Part shown: positions 47,268 through 57,648 of the stretch, one piece after another
Layout of the letters: each line of letters begins with the position of its first letter
Position numbering within the stretch: the stretch's first letter is position 1
Assembly (NCBI GenBank): GCA_022840695.1
Contig: JALHDC010000002.1
Location: 25,753-89,752, forward strand
Origin: a bacterium
Lineage (GTDB): Bacteria > Patescibacteriota > Dojkabacteria > SC72
DNA: 64,000 bases
Direction of reading: 5' to 3'
Translations under genes and position numbers: made by a program
Notes under the pieces: model-generated
The model's database searches: none
Told to the model about the DNA's origin: nothing
Seen by the model: only the letters and a program-made list of their open reading frames with translations

Positions 47268-47945
47268 ATGAAGGATACTATAAAAATAATTATTGGAGTA
47301 GCCCTGGTGACAATAGGCTCGCTTCTCATTATAGAAAGAATTGGGATTTTTCTTCCGTTCACTGTTGATGTATGGAAGATAGTCAGTATTTTCTGGCCAC
47401 TAATTCTCATATATTTGGGCCTTAAAATGTTTTTTGAAAATAATACAACTGGAGGAGTAATACTTTTCACATTAGGTTCTGTGATATTCCTAACAAATGT
47501 CTTTGATTGGAATTTTTTCTCAATACTATGGCCATTATTAATAATAGGTATTGGAGTATCCATCTTAGTTAAGAAAGATGAAACTAGATTTAATATAGAA
47601 TCTTCTGAATATAGTGATGATTATATTAAAGAAAGCATCGCCTTCTGGGGAAGTGATAAGAAATTGACATCTAAAAGCTTTAAAGGTGGGGAGATCAATG
47701 TTGCTTTTGGTGGAGTTAATTTGGATATGAGAGAAACAAAGATTCATAAAGATGGAGCAAAACTAAATGTTAATGTTGCTTTTGGAGGAGCAGAGATATT
47801 TGTTCCTAAAAATTGTAGAGTTAAAACAAATGGTACAGGAATATTGGGTGGTTGGGATCCACATCTTAGTAGCAGTGATATAAAAGAACCTGTTTTGGAA
47901 ATAACAGGAACAGCTATCTTTGGTGGAGTAGATATAAAAGAATAA
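47268..47945 (+). CDS. LiaF-like (DUF5668 + DUF2154) protein
   Basis: FWPLILI, LWPLLII; repeated AFGG motifs. Confidence 0.8.
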   Translation: MKDTIKIIIGVALVTIGSLLIIERIGIFLPFTVDVWKIVSIFWPLILIYLGLKMFFENNTTGGVILFTLGSVIFLTNVFDWNFFSILWPLLIIGIGVSILVKKDETRFNIESSEYSDDYIKESIAFWGSDKKLTSKSFKGGEINVAFGGVNLDMRETKIHKDGAKLNVNVAFGGAEIFVPKNCRVKTNGTGILGGWDPHLSSSDIKEPVLEITGTAIFGGVDIKE

Positions 47946-47981
47946 ACATTGTTAGAGGTAGTCTTATCTAATCGGATATAG

Positions 47982-48010
47982 AAAAAAGGGAGTACAAAGT
48001 ACTCCCTTTT
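47982..48010. terminator. bidirectional intrinsic terminator
   Basis: AAAAAAGGGAGTAC-AAA-GTACTCCCTTTT between convergent genes. Confidence 0.88.
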
Positions 48011-48031
48011 AAAATCTAATAAAGATTACAA

Positions 48032-48325
48032 TTAGTTATCGTAACTTCTTCTGTTATCCCCACCAAATGAATCTCTTCTCTCTTCTCGAGCTTCAGATAC
48101 ATTGATAGGTCTACCATCGACTTCTTTTCCGTTTATCTGCTCTAAAGCAGCTTGTGCTTCCTCTTCAGTAGACATTGTAACAAATCCAAATCCTTTGGAT
48201 CTATTCTTCATTCTGTCTATGATGACTACTGCTTCAATAACAGTACCAACAGCACTGAAAACTTCTTTTAACTGTTCATCTCTAACATCCCAGCTAAGGT
48301 TTCCTACAAATAATTTTTTACCCAT
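48032..48325 (-). CDS. RRM RNA-binding protein
   Basis: LFVGNL (RNP2), KGFGFV (RNP1). Confidence 0.95.
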   Translation of the reverse strand: MGKKLFVGNLSWDVRDEQLKEVFSAVGTVIEAVVIIDRMKNRSKGFGFVTMSTEEEAQAALEQINGKEVDGRPINVSEAREERRDSFGGDNRRSYDN

Positions 48326-48460
48326 TATTTATATAAATAAAATAAATTAAATCTTTGCTACACCATTAATTGGGAGAATACACTCTAAGCAGTCTATCAA
48401 ATGAAGAAAGCTTCCATAGCTATTTATATTATATCATACATTTGAAAAATAAATGCAATA

Positions 48461-49675
48461 CTATCTAAAATACTTAACTATCTCTGCAAATGTTGGCCTT
48501 CTATTGTACATAAGGCAACCTAATTCGAATAGTTTAGAAGCTAAAAATATTGCAATAGCTACATAGATAATGGAGGTGAATATTCCGATAATTAGTTCCT
48601 CTACAGAGAGAACACCTAACGAATTTCTTGTTAAAAGAATCATGAAAGATGTAAATGGAAAATAACTAAAGATTTTTGCTAATAAACTATTTGGTTCTGT
48701 TATTAAAGATTGCATTAAATACATAGGAAATATAGAAAGAATTATAAATATAGATGAAAGATTTCTACTATCCTCGGCTCCAGTTCCTACTGCTCCAACT
48801 CCAGTCATTACGGAAGCAAAAAACAAGAAGCCCATTATTATGAAAAACAAATTAATAGGTAAATACTGCAAATCAATAGCCTTGATATCAATCGGTATTG
48901 GGATATCAAACTTACTCATAGCTAAATAATAAATTAAAACTCCAAACAGAAGCCATATTATTAACTGTGTGAATACAACACATATTAAACCAACCATCTT
49001 CCCAATCATTAAAGATTTTTTATCTACAATAGAAAGCATCGTCTCAATCATTCTATTTTCTTTTTCAGCAGAGACACTTTGTAAAAGGAATGATGATGAT
49101 ATAAACACTGTAACAAAGAATAGAACAAGAGAAATAATTGGAAGTACAAATTTCTCCAAACCTTCTTCTTGTAATTTGCCATCATCCGTAATTGAAAATA
49201 CCGTAGAATTAAATTGAGACGTGAGAAGTATTCTAGAACTTTCATTATCTATTCCCTGTATAGCACTATTCTTCAGAAGAGAATCAACAATTAAAGCAAC
49301 ATTTGCACCTCTTAATATATCTCCCTCTTCACTAAAATATACTTCATACCTAAGTGATTCAAGAAAATTATCTGGGATAACTATTAGAATGCTCTTTGAA
49401 TCTTCTAATAATGAATCTTTTACCTCATCAAGATTATCTATTTCAAAAAGATTTTGTCCTAAATTTTGAGTATCTATCAAATCTAATTCGTCAACTATAT
49501 ATATTTTTGAAAAAATTTCCATATTTTCCATTTTTTTCATTGCATCCATAGAAGAGTATCCCGATACCAAACCTACAATTCCTATAAATATTGGCAAAAA
49601 TAGAGTAGAGGCCCAAAAAGAGGGTTTTTTAATTATTTTTTTATATTCAAATTTTGCTATTTCAAAGAATTTCAT
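48461..49675 (-). CDS. ABC-2 type permease (NatB/YhaP-like)
   Basis: SVSAEKENRMIETML, GKMVG. Confidence 0.88.
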   Translation of the reverse strand: MKFFEIAKFEYKKIIKKPSFWASTLFLPIFIGIVGLVSGYSSMDAMKKMENMEIFSKIYIVDELDLIDTQNLGQNLFEIDNLDEVKDSLLEDSKSILIVIPDNFLESLRYEVYFSEEGDILRGANVALIVDSLLKNSAIQGIDNESSRILLTSQFNSTVFSITDDGKLQEEGLEKFVLPIISLVLFFVTVFISSSFLLQSVSAEKENRMIETMLSIVDKKSLMIGKMVGLICVVFTQLIIWLLFGVLIYYLAMSKFDIPIPIDIKAIDLQYLPINLFFIIMGFLFFASVMTGVGAVGTGAEDSRNLSSIFIILSIFPMYLMQSLITEPNSLLAKIFSYFPFTSFMILLTRNSLGVLSVEELIIGIFTSIIYVAIAIFLASKLFELGCLMYNRRPTFAEIVKYFR

Positions 49676-49676
49676 A

Positions 49677-50573
49677 CTATTTTTTCATTAATTCTATAAA
49701 TATTTGGTTTAAAGATGGATAATCAAGTGTCATATCAACTATTTTAACACCTTGATTTAAAATATTTTTAATTATTTCATTGCTATCAATGTTTGATTTA
49801 GGAGATATTTCTGCTCTTTTATTTGAAATAATCGCACTATATAGGCGATTATCTTTCTCAGGAGCTTTCCCTACAAAATCAATAATTATATTTTTACTTC
49901 CATATTTTTCTCTAACTTTTTCTACATTACCATATTCCAAGCTTTTACCATTTTTAATAATCAAAAGTGTATCAGCCATTTTTTGAGCTTCATCTATTAC
50001 ATGTGTACTATACAGTATTGTAGTCCCATTCTTTGCTCTTTCAATTAGAATATCTACGAAAAGCTGTCTATTAACAGGATCTAACCCTTTAAAAGGTTCA
50101 TCTAAAATCAATATCTCAGGTTCATGTATCAATGCTGTACCTAATTGTACTTTCTGTTGCATTCCAGAGCTTAATTTAGCAATCTCTTTATCCCTATGAT
50201 CATACAGATCAACTTTTTTAAGATATTCTATACTTCTGCTCAAAGCCTCCTCTTTCTTTATATTTCTTAAAACTGCAGTATATACAAGTATATCCAAAAC
50301 AGAAACATCTCTGTACAAACCTCTTTCTTCGGGAAGATATCCTATTAAGTTATTAAAATCTTCATTATATTCTGAGTTATTTATCAACAATTCTCCTTCA
50401 TCTGGTTGATAGATTTTTAAAAGACATCTTATTGTAGTTGTTTTTCCAGAGCCATTAGCACCAAGAAAAGCAAATATTTCACCCTCATTAACATCAAAAG
50501 AAAGATTATCTACTGCTTTCAAATCACCAAAGCTTTTTGAAAAATTCTTTATATGTATTGAATAATTAGCCAT
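49677..50573 (-). CDS. ABC-2 type ATP-binding protein
   Basis: GANGSGKT, LPEERGLY, LSSG, LDEPF. Confidence 0.93.
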   Translation of the reverse strand: MANYSIHIKNFSKSFGDLKAVDNLSFDVNEGEIFAFLGANGSGKTTTIRCLLKIYQPDEGELLINNSEYNEDFNNLIGYLPEERGLYRDVSVLDILVYTAVLRNIKKEEALSRSIEYLKKVDLYDHRDKEIAKLSSGMQQKVQLGTALIHEPEILILDEPFKGLDPVNRQLFVDILIERAKNGTTILYSTHVIDEAQKMADTLLIIKNGKSLEYGNVEKVREKYGSKNIIIDFVGKAPEKDNRLYSAIISNKRAEISPKSNIDSNEIIKNILNQGVKIVDMTLDYPSLNQIFIELMKK

Positions 50574-50596
50574 GGCTTAAATATACCACAAACTAA

Positions 50597-51931
50597 CTAT
50601 GTTAACATACCTCTAGCAGCCATTACACCTGTTACTGCAGCTCCTGTGATCGATCCTGAGAGCCCTGCAGCATCTCCAGCTACATATAAACCTTTGATTG
50701 AAGTTTCCATATTTCTATCTGTTTTTGTCTTAGAGGATCTAAATTTAACCTCTGGGGCATAAAGTAGGGTAGACCCAGAATTGATTCCTGGCATTACTAA
50801 ATTAAGAATACCAAGCCCTTCAACTATATTAACTACAATTCTATGTGGTAATGCCATTGATATATCCCCCGGAGTGTATTCCTCCAAAGAAGGAGTAACA
50901 AAAGATTTTTCTAATCTACTTTCAGTACTTCTTCTTCCACATTTCAAATCCTCTAAAGATTGCAATATAGGTTTGCCACCACCAATAGTTGATGCTACTT
51001 CTGCAATAGATTTTGCATAAGCAATTGAATTCTCGACCGGTTCTGTCAAATTAACTTCACACAAAAATGCAAAATTAGAATTCTCAGAAAGATGATCAGA
51101 ATTAGAATGACCGTTAACACAAACATATCCATCATATTTTTCTGTTGAGACTAAACCATTTGGGCAACTACAAAATGTTCTAACAATATCATGATATGTT
51201 TTAGTTCTTACTCTATATACAGTTTCATACAAGACCTCAGCCTGTCTCTGCATTATTGATGATGGGAATTCTACTCTAACACCAACTTCTACCTTATCAT
51301 ACATATATTCAATACCATACCTATCAGAAAGAGTTTGTAACCATTTTGCATTTACTCTACCAGGAGCCAATACTACTTTCTTTGCATATATATTCTTCTT
51401 TTCTGTTTTAATACCTTTTAGGTTCTTTTTTTCAATGATTAAATCTGTGACTTTTGTATTATCTAAAATATCTACACCATTCTTTATTAAATATTCCTCA
51501 AAATTCATCATTACTTTTCTTAGTTTGTCTGTACCAACATGCCTAGCTTTTCTTAGTACAAGCTCTATATCATTTCTTTTAGACTCAAGGATTAGTTCAT
51601 TAAGAAGATCATTTTCTTTCGGATAGTATTCTGAATCAACTCCAAAATCAGTTAATACCCCATCAACATAATCTAATATTTTTTGATACTTATTCCTATT
51701 TATCAAATGAAAAGCTTTTTCGTGAGAGAGATTTGCTGTTAATGTCAATTTCCCATCCGAAAATGTTCCTGCACCTCCAAATCCTGACATCACATCACTT
51801 CTCTTCCTCCCTTTCATACTTTTACCCATTTCCACTAAAGCAATTTTCATTCCTTTAGATCTCTTTATGAGTTCGTAACAAGCGAAAAGTCCTGCAGGTC
51901 CAGCACCAACAACTAGTACATCGTATTTCAT
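50597..51931 (-). CDS. FAD-dependent oxidoreductase
   Basis: VVGAGPAG, GGAGTFSDGKL, VNGHS, AGDAAG. Confidence 0.88.
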   Translation of the reverse strand: MKYDVLVVGAGPAGLFACYELIKRSKGMKIALVEMGKSMKGRKRSDVMSGFGGAGTFSDGKLTLTANLSHEKAFHLINRNKYQKILDYVDGVLTDFGVDSEYYPKENDLLNELILESKRNDIELVLRKARHVGTDKLRKVMMNFEEYLIKNGVDILDNTKVTDLIIEKKNLKGIKTEKKNIYAKKVVLAPGRVNAKWLQTLSDRYGIEYMYDKVEVGVRVEFPSSIMQRQAEVLYETVYRVRTKTYHDIVRTFCSCPNGLVSTEKYDGYVCVNGHSNSDHLSENSNFAFLCEVNLTEPVENSIAYAKSIAEVASTIGGGKPILQSLEDLKCGRRSTESRLEKSFVTPSLEEYTPGDISMALPHRIVVNIVEGLGILNLVMPGINSGSTLLYAPEVKFRSSKTKTDRNMETSIKGLYVAGDAAGLSGSITGAAVTGVMAARGMLT

Positions 51932-52098
51932 TAAGGTATTTCTGTTATGTTAACAATATATGGTACATGAAATTATATTAACAAACAATCGATACTGTCT
52001 ATAGTATATTAAAAAGTATCGAAAAAATGTAAAATAGAATATATAAACAAAGGATTATTAACTACCTTTAACGTAGGATATATGCAAATGTTGGATAT

Positions 52099-52635
52099 AT
52101 GGAAAAAATTTTAATACATACATGTTGTGCAGATTGTTTCTTAAATACCATTGATTATTTAGAAAATGAAGGCATTATTAACAATCAAACAGAAATTACC
52201 TCTTTTTTTTACAATCCTAATATACATCCAAGATCTGAGTATATAGAGAGATTGAATGCACTAAAGAAGATACTATCGAAAGATATAAAATTAGTAGTTC
52301 CAGATTATAGACCAACGGATTATTTCAAAAGTATAGAAGGAAAGAAGGAGAGATGTATTGGTTGTTGGAAAGTTCGTTTAAAAGGACTTTTTGAATATGC
52401 TAGAGATAATAATATATCCAATGTAACCTCTACTCTGTTAGTGAGTTTGTACCAAGAGAGAACAAGAATTATGAGTATAGCAGAAGGATTAAATAGAGAG
52501 TATGGGTTGAATTTTGTAAATATTGATAGTAAGCATAATTGTAAACATAAGGGTTTTTACAAACAAAATTTTTGTGGTTGTTGTTATTCCTTAGTTGAAA
52601 AAATGACAGAAAAAGAAATTAATACTAGAAGATAG
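52099..52635 (+). CDS. queH: epoxyqueuosine reductase QueH (DUF208)
   Basis: LIHTCCADC, FYNPNIHP..EY, RC..CW..RL, YKQNFCGC. Confidence 0.9.
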   Translation: MEKILIHTCCADCFLNTIDYLENEGIINNQTEITSFFYNPNIHPRSEYIERLNALKKILSKDIKLVVPDYRPTDYFKSIEGKKERCIGCWKVRLKGLFEYARDNNISNVTSTLLVSLYQERTRIMSIAEGLNREYGLNFVNIDSKHNCKHKGFYKQNFCGCCYSLVEKMTEKEINTRR

Positions 52636-52755
52636 TCAATTCTTTGCTTCTATAACAGCATTTCTTTATTATCCATTCTATACCCCTTCCAACTTTTTGA
52701 TCTATTTGATAGATTGGAAATTCTTTCGTCCTATTTAAATTTTTTTACTACCCAC

Positions 52756-52911
52756 ATGACCAAAAATATACTAGAACTGGGCATATATATTGCCATAATG
52801 AGCCTACTCTTAGGAATAGTTGCACTCATAAGTGTACTCTTTACAGATGTAAATAGAAGTAAAAGTGAGGATATAAATAATAATCCCCAATATATACATT
52901 TGCAAAATTAG
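52756..52911 (+). CDS. small single-TM protein
   Basis: MTKNILELGIYIAIMSLLLGIVALISVLF...; start uncertain. Confidence 0.45.
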   Translation: MTKNILELGIYIAIMSLLLGIVALISVLFTDVNRSKSEDINNNPQYIHLQN

Positions 52912-52935
52912 TATTAAAAAGTAATATAATAGGAT

Positions 52936-53055
52936 ATGGGAATCATAATTACAGTTGCTGTATTTATAGCATTTATTGTTATATTCCTTATATTGGCAAC
53001 ATTAATGCCAGAAAATGAGGAAAAAAGTGGAGAACGGGAGGAAAGTGAAGAATAG
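52936..53055 (+). CDS. 39-aa single-TM peptide with acidic tail
   Basis: TATAAT 5 nt before the ATG; MGIIITVAVFIAFIVIFLILATLMPENEEKSGEREESEE. Confidence 0.6.
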   Translation: MGIIITVAVFIAFIVIFLILATLMPENEEKSGEREESEE

Positions 53056-53057
53056 TT

Positions 53058-54347
53058 TTAGTTCTGCCTTAAAGCCTCTATTGGATCTATCTTAGAAGCT
53101 TTTCTTGCAGGATACAGTCCTGCTATTATTCCAATCAGAATACTACCTAGTGTTATATAAATAGCATTCAATAGTTGGAAATTAAAAAATTTATCTATAC
53201 TAGTAAATCCTTGTTTTGAAAGAATACTAACAATAAATGGATCAGCTAATTTCATCCCTAAAAATGTTATTCCTAGTCCTAAAGCTCCCCCTATGAATCC
53301 GATTATTCCCGATTGTATTAAGAATATAATTAATACTTGAGAATTAGATGCTCCCATTGCCTTTATAATACCTATTTCCTTTGTTTGTTCATAAATACTC
53401 ATTACCATGGTATTTATAATACCTATGGATGCAACGAGTGCAGATATTGATCCAAATATGACTAAAGCTATTGTTAAGCCTGATGTAAGAGTATCAAGAA
53501 ATCCTAATAATGTTTCAGTAGATATTACAGAAAGTTTTAATTCATCAACTATATATTTTTCAATATCCGATGTTTTTCCTTCTTCTGTAATCAATAAGAT
53601 CTGATCATAACCCACCTTTTCCAAGTATTCATTCTCGTCTGTAAAGCCACCAAGATCAACTAGCATATTCATTGCCTCTTTTGTATTAACAAAAAATGCA
53701 TCGTTACCTGATTCCACGACTCCCGCTACTGTAAACTCGTACTGTTTATCTATCATACTTTTAGAAGCAACCGAAAGAAAAGTACTGCTATTAGAGCTCT
53801 TAACAAGAATCTTTTTACCTATTATTTCTTTCTTGCTAGTTTCGAAGAAAGATACAACAAAATTACTGACAAAGATCTCTCCATTATCCAATTTATCATC
53901 ACTACCAAAGAAACCGTTATAGATATGATGGGTTCCTGGCAAATCAGCACTACCCACAAAGTTCATAGGGTAGGGTACATCATCTCCCTCTAAAAATACT
54001 TCTACATTACTAACAGTAAATATTGGATTAGTGGAAATTACTCCATCTATTTTCTCTAATTCTTCTCTTAATTGAGTATTTAGAATTATTTCTTCTTTCA
54101 CATCATCCTGTTTGCTAGGAGCAGTATTCATACCACCAAACATAAACATATCTCGGCCTGAAACATATAAATCTTGAGGAGAGAACCTACTACTGAATTC
54201 ACTTGTTACAGCATTCTTTAAATCTGACATACCAAAAAGAATGAATGTCATTAACATAACTGCAATCATAATTCCTAAACTTGTTAAGAATGTTCTTAAT
54301 TTCCTTCTAAAGATTATTTGTACTGCATATCTAAACATTTTTTCCAT
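53058..54347 (-). CDS. MacB/FtsX-family ABC permease
   Basis: LRTFLTSLGI, INTMVMSIYEQTKEIGIIKAMGA, YPARKAS.IDPIEALR. Confidence 0.92.
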   Translation of the reverse strand: MEKMFRYAVQIIFRRKLRTFLTSLGIMIAVMLMTFILFGMSDLKNAVTSEFSSRFSPQDLYVSGRDMFMFGGMNTAPSKQDDVKEEIILNTQLREELEKIDGVISTNPIFTVSNVEVFLEGDDVPYPMNFVGSADLPGTHHIYNGFFGSDDKLDNGEIFVSNFVVSFFETSKKEIIGKKILVKSSNSSTFLSVASKSMIDKQYEFTVAGVVESGNDAFFVNTKEAMNMLVDLGGFTDENEYLEKVGYDQILLITEEGKTSDIEKYIVDELKLSVISTETLLGFLDTLTSGLTIALVIFGSISALVASIGIINTMVMSIYEQTKEIGIIKAMGASNSQVLIIFLIQSGIIGFIGGALGLGITFLGMKLADPFIVSILSKQGFTSIDKFFNFQLLNAIYITLGSILIGIIAGLYPARKASKIDPIEALRQN

Positions 54348-55008
54348 CCACTAAAGTTACTGTTCTATCCGTTTGACTAGCTATCTTACTATCATGAGTT
54401 ACTATTATGGTCGTCATTCCTTCTTGCATATTTAAAGACCTAAGAAGATTTATTATCATGTTCCCTGTTTTACTATCCAAATTACCAGTTGGTTCATCTG
54501 CCAATATTATCTTAGGACTATCTATAATAGCTCTTGCTATAGCTACTCTCTGTGCTTGTCCACCAGACAACTCATTTGGATAATGTTTCCTTCTATCGCT
54601 CAATCCTGTTTTATTTAAAATATATTCCAATCTCTCATTTAATTTCTGTTTACTAATATTTTTCTGAAACCTAGTAGGAAGAAGTATGTTTTCTTCAACA
54701 GTAAGGGACGGAATTAAATGAAATTGTTGAAAGATTGTTCCAACAATAAATCTTCTGTAGTAGTTTTGATCATAATTTCTAATATTTTTTCCCTCTATAT
54801 AAATATCTCCTGAATAATTCCAATCTAACCCTCCAAGAATATTTAGAAATGTAGATTTTCCAGATCCTGAGCTTCCAACTAAAGAAATCATTTCCCCTTT
54901 TTTAACAGAAAATGCAAGATTTCTTAAAGCCGCAACCAATACTTTCTTGCTTGGCCTATACTCTCTGCACAAATTTTGAATTTTAATATATTCCGACATA
55001 GGCTTCAT
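54331..55008 (-). CDS. LolD/MacB-type ABC ATP-binding protein
   Basis: GSSGSGKS, LSGGQAQR, ADEPTGNLD. Confidence 0.93.
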   Translation of the reverse strand: MKPMSEYIKIQNLCREYRPSKKVLVAALRNLAFSVKKGEMISLVGSSGSGKSTFLNILGGLDWNYSGDIYIEGKNIRNYDQNYYRRFIVGTIFQQFHLIPSLTVEENILLPTRFQKNISKQKLNERLEYILNKTGLSDRRKHYPNELSGGQAQRVAIARAIIDSPKIILADEPTGNLDSKTGNMIINLLRSLNMQEGMTTIIVTHDSKIASQTDRTVTLVDGKNV

Positions 55009-55037
55009 ATTACTTGATATTGTGTATCTTTTCAATT

Positions 55038-55056
55038 TTTTGTAACCTTTTTGTAA
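55038..55056. promoter_or_regulatory. tandem repeat, candidate OmpR-family binding site
   Basis: TTTTGTAA-CCT-TTTTGTAA, 11-bp period. Confidence 0.55.
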
Positions 55057-55079
55057 GAATTTAGTTTTAATATGAAAAA

Positions 55080-55787
55080 GTGAGAAATTACAAAATTTCT
55101 GTATTATTAATAGAAGATGATGCAAGCCTGGTATTTATTCTCACACGGTTTTTAGAAAATCTTAATATGAAGGTCGAATCTTCATATACTGCAAAAGAAG
55201 GATTGATTAAGGCATTGACAAACAAATATCAAATTCTAATCATAGATATTGGACTACCAGACTCAGATGGATTTAAAATAATAGAGCAGATTCGTTTAAT
55301 AGATAATACAAAGCCAATCATAGTTATAACTGGTGACAACTCACGAGATAAAGAAATATACTCCTACAAAGCCAAAGCAAATATTTTTCATCCTAAACCA
55401 ATTAAGTTCGATATCCTTGAAGCACAGATTAAGTCTTTAATAGAGGATCAATACCCTAATATTATTGTTATTGGAGATCTTTGTATAGACAAAATAAAAA
55501 GGATCGTAAAGATAAAAAACAAGGGAATTAAATTAACACACAGTGAATATAATTTATTAATTATGCTAATAGATTCTAACGGGGAGATATTCACTAGGAA
55601 ACAGATATTAAGCAATATTATGAATTACTATCGTAATTCCTCTGAGACATCTGTAGATACATTAGTCTGCAGAATTAGAAAGAAACTAGGGAACAAGATA
55701 GGTGGTGATTTAATAAAAACAGTATACAAATCAGGATATTGTATTAATCCCTATCTCAAGGATCAGACATTAAGAAGTTATCAATAA
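55080..55787 (+). CDS. OmpR-family response regulator
   Basis: LIEDD, IIDIGLPD, KP, winged-helix LT..EY.LL...VDTLV.RIRKK. Confidence 0.93.
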   Translation: MRNYKISVLLIEDDASLVFILTRFLENLNMKVESSYTAKEGLIKALTNKYQILIIDIGLPDSDGFKIIEQIRLIDNTKPIIVITGDNSRDKEIYSYKAKANIFHPKPIKFDILEAQIKSLIEDQYPNIIVIGDLCIDKIKRIVKIKNKGIKLTHSEYNLLIMLIDSNGEIFTRKQILSNIMNYYRNSSETSVDTLVCRIRKKLGNKIGGDLIKTVYKSGYCINPYLKDQTLRSYQ

Positions 55788-57034
55788 GGAATTTCAACTA
55801 TAATTTGCGAATATCCCCCTTCCTTACTCTTAATATCAACACTCCCATTAAAGTCTCTTTTTACTGAATTTAATACAAAAAGTAATCCCAGTCCAAAATG
55901 ATTTTCACTCTTTGAAATATATCTACCTATGGAAATATCCTCAATTATATTCTTACTAATACCCATACCATTATCTTGAACTTTAAGAATTATGAAATTT
56001 TTCTTTCTTAACAGATCAACATTTATATATTTTTTCTTTCTATCCGTTGATTCTAATTCTTCAACTGCATTTAGGAATATATTAAGAAATATTCTAGAAA
56101 AAGAAGTCTCGCAACCTTTTATCTTCAGAGCTTCATCCAAAACTGTATTAACCTCTATATTATTTTTAGATATTCTGTAATCTAACAAACTTAAAACCTT
56201 CTTAATAGAAGATGATGGCTTAAAAACTTTCTCATTTCTTTTTCCATCTACAATAGACAATGCATCCTCTAATATACATTCCAAATATTCAATAGAGTCC
56301 ATAAGTAATGGTTGTAAAGTACTTTGATCTTCTTTATTAAGAAGTTTTAAACTTCCAGATATTACACTTAGTGGAGTGGCAATATCATGCAAAATACACT
56401 TTGAAATTTTACCCATTAATCTATTTCTGTATTCTACCTTTACTAAATAATTGTACTTTTCAAAACAAAGAAAGTATTTTTCTTTACATAATTTTCTAAG
56501 TAGAAAAATTCTGTACTGAATATATAGAAAGAATAGAAATAGCCATATTGATTTTAAGAATGTAAATTCGACATTTTCATGGTTTTGATAATTTAGAAAA
56601 GTATTTTTGTTAATAGCAGTAGCTACAATTAAAAGTAGTATAGCAATACAAGCAGAAACAACAAACTCTTTTTCATTTAAATAGAATAGGGAGAGAATGA
56701 AAAGAATGGAAATGTATATATATGGTAACGGAACTAATAAGCCTTGGATATAAATGGAGACAGATGAAATGAGAGAAAATACTCCCAAGAGAATATACAC
56801 AGATATTTGTATATGTTTTTTAAGTATTTTAAATCTTCCTAAAAAAATTAAAGATATTAAAAAAAGAAAGAATGAAGCTTGATATAAACATATGTCTGAA
56901 GTTATATACACATATTTGCATGTATAGAGAAAGAGTAGAGACAGTATTGAAATGAAAAGAATATTGTAAATATCTATCAACAATTTCTTTTTACTCTCTT
57001 CTAAATACTTAGTTACATCTTCTTCAAAAAGCAT
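55781..57034 (-). CDS. membrane sensor histidine kinase
   Basis: LHDIATPL, NIFLNA, DNGMG, GLGL. Confidence 0.9.
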   Translation of the reverse strand: MLFEEDVTKYLEESKKKLLIDIYNILFISILSLLFLYTCKYVYITSDICLYQASFFLFLISLIFLGRFKILKKHIQISVYILLGVFSLISSVSIYIQGLLVPLPYIYISILFILSLFYLNEKEFVVSACIAILLLIVATAINKNTFLNYQNHENVEFTFLKSIWLFLFFLYIQYRIFLLRKLCKEKYFLCFEKYNYLVKVEYRNRLMGKISKCILHDIATPLSVISGSLKLLNKEDQSTLQPLLMDSIEYLECILEDALSIVDGKRNEKVFKPSSSIKKVLSLLDYRISKNNIEVNTVLDEALKIKGCETSFSRIFLNIFLNAVEELESTDRKKKYINVDLLRKKNFIILKVQDNGMGISKNIIEDISIGRYISKSENHFGLGLLFVLNSVKRDFNGSVDIKSKEGGYSQIIVEIPY

Positions 57035-57081
57035 TTCTATTGCTCTAATCTAAAATCTGTAAAAATAATAAAAGTATTAAT

Positions 57082-57100
57082 TTACAAAATCATTACAAAA
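57082..57100. promoter_or_regulatory. second copy (inverted) of the tandem repeat
   Basis: TTACAAAA-TCA-TTACAAAA. Confidence 0.55.
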
Positions 57101-57124
57101 TTAAAATATGATATACTTTCTGAA

Positions 57125-57613
57125 ATGGCAAAACAATTGAAAATATATACAATTGACAATAAAAATGAAGAAAAATCTTTGAGAGAAAAAAGTCTCCCTG
57201 TAACTGAGATTGAATTAAAAGATTCAGTTTTTAGGGAATTCCTAGATGATTTACTCTTCACTGCTCTTCATAGTGAAGAACAGGGAAATGTTGCTGCAGG
57301 AGGGATAGCAGCACCTCAGGTAGGAGAGAAAAAAAGAGTATTCTATATCCTTGATTATGATACAAATGAATGGAAGCTATTCATAAATCCGGAAGTTACA
57401 CCTCATGGATTTGCAAAGACAGTAACAAAGGAGGGATGTTTGAGTGTTCCTAACAGAGAAGAAGATGTTTTGAGGTACAAAAAGATTAAGATAAAATATC
57501 AAGACATTGACGGGAATTGGAAGAATGAAAAATACTCAGATTTAAATGCAGTCTCTATTCAACATGAATTAGATCATTTAGATGGCATTCTTTTCATTGA
57601 TAGATTAAAATAG
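57125..57613 (+). CDS. def: peptide deformylase
   Basis: GIAAPQVG, EGCLS, QHELDH. Confidence 0.95.
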   Translation: MAKQLKIYTIDNKNEEKSLREKSLPVTEIELKDSVFREFLDDLLFTALHSEEQGNVAAGGIAAPQVGEKKRVFYILDYDTNEWKLFINPEVTPHGFAKTVTKEGCLSVPNREEDVLRYKKIKIKYQDIDGNWKNEKYSDLNAVSIQHELDHLDGILFIDRLK

Positions 57614-57648
57614 ATAAAAATATATGAATTAAATTTAACTGTCCAAGC

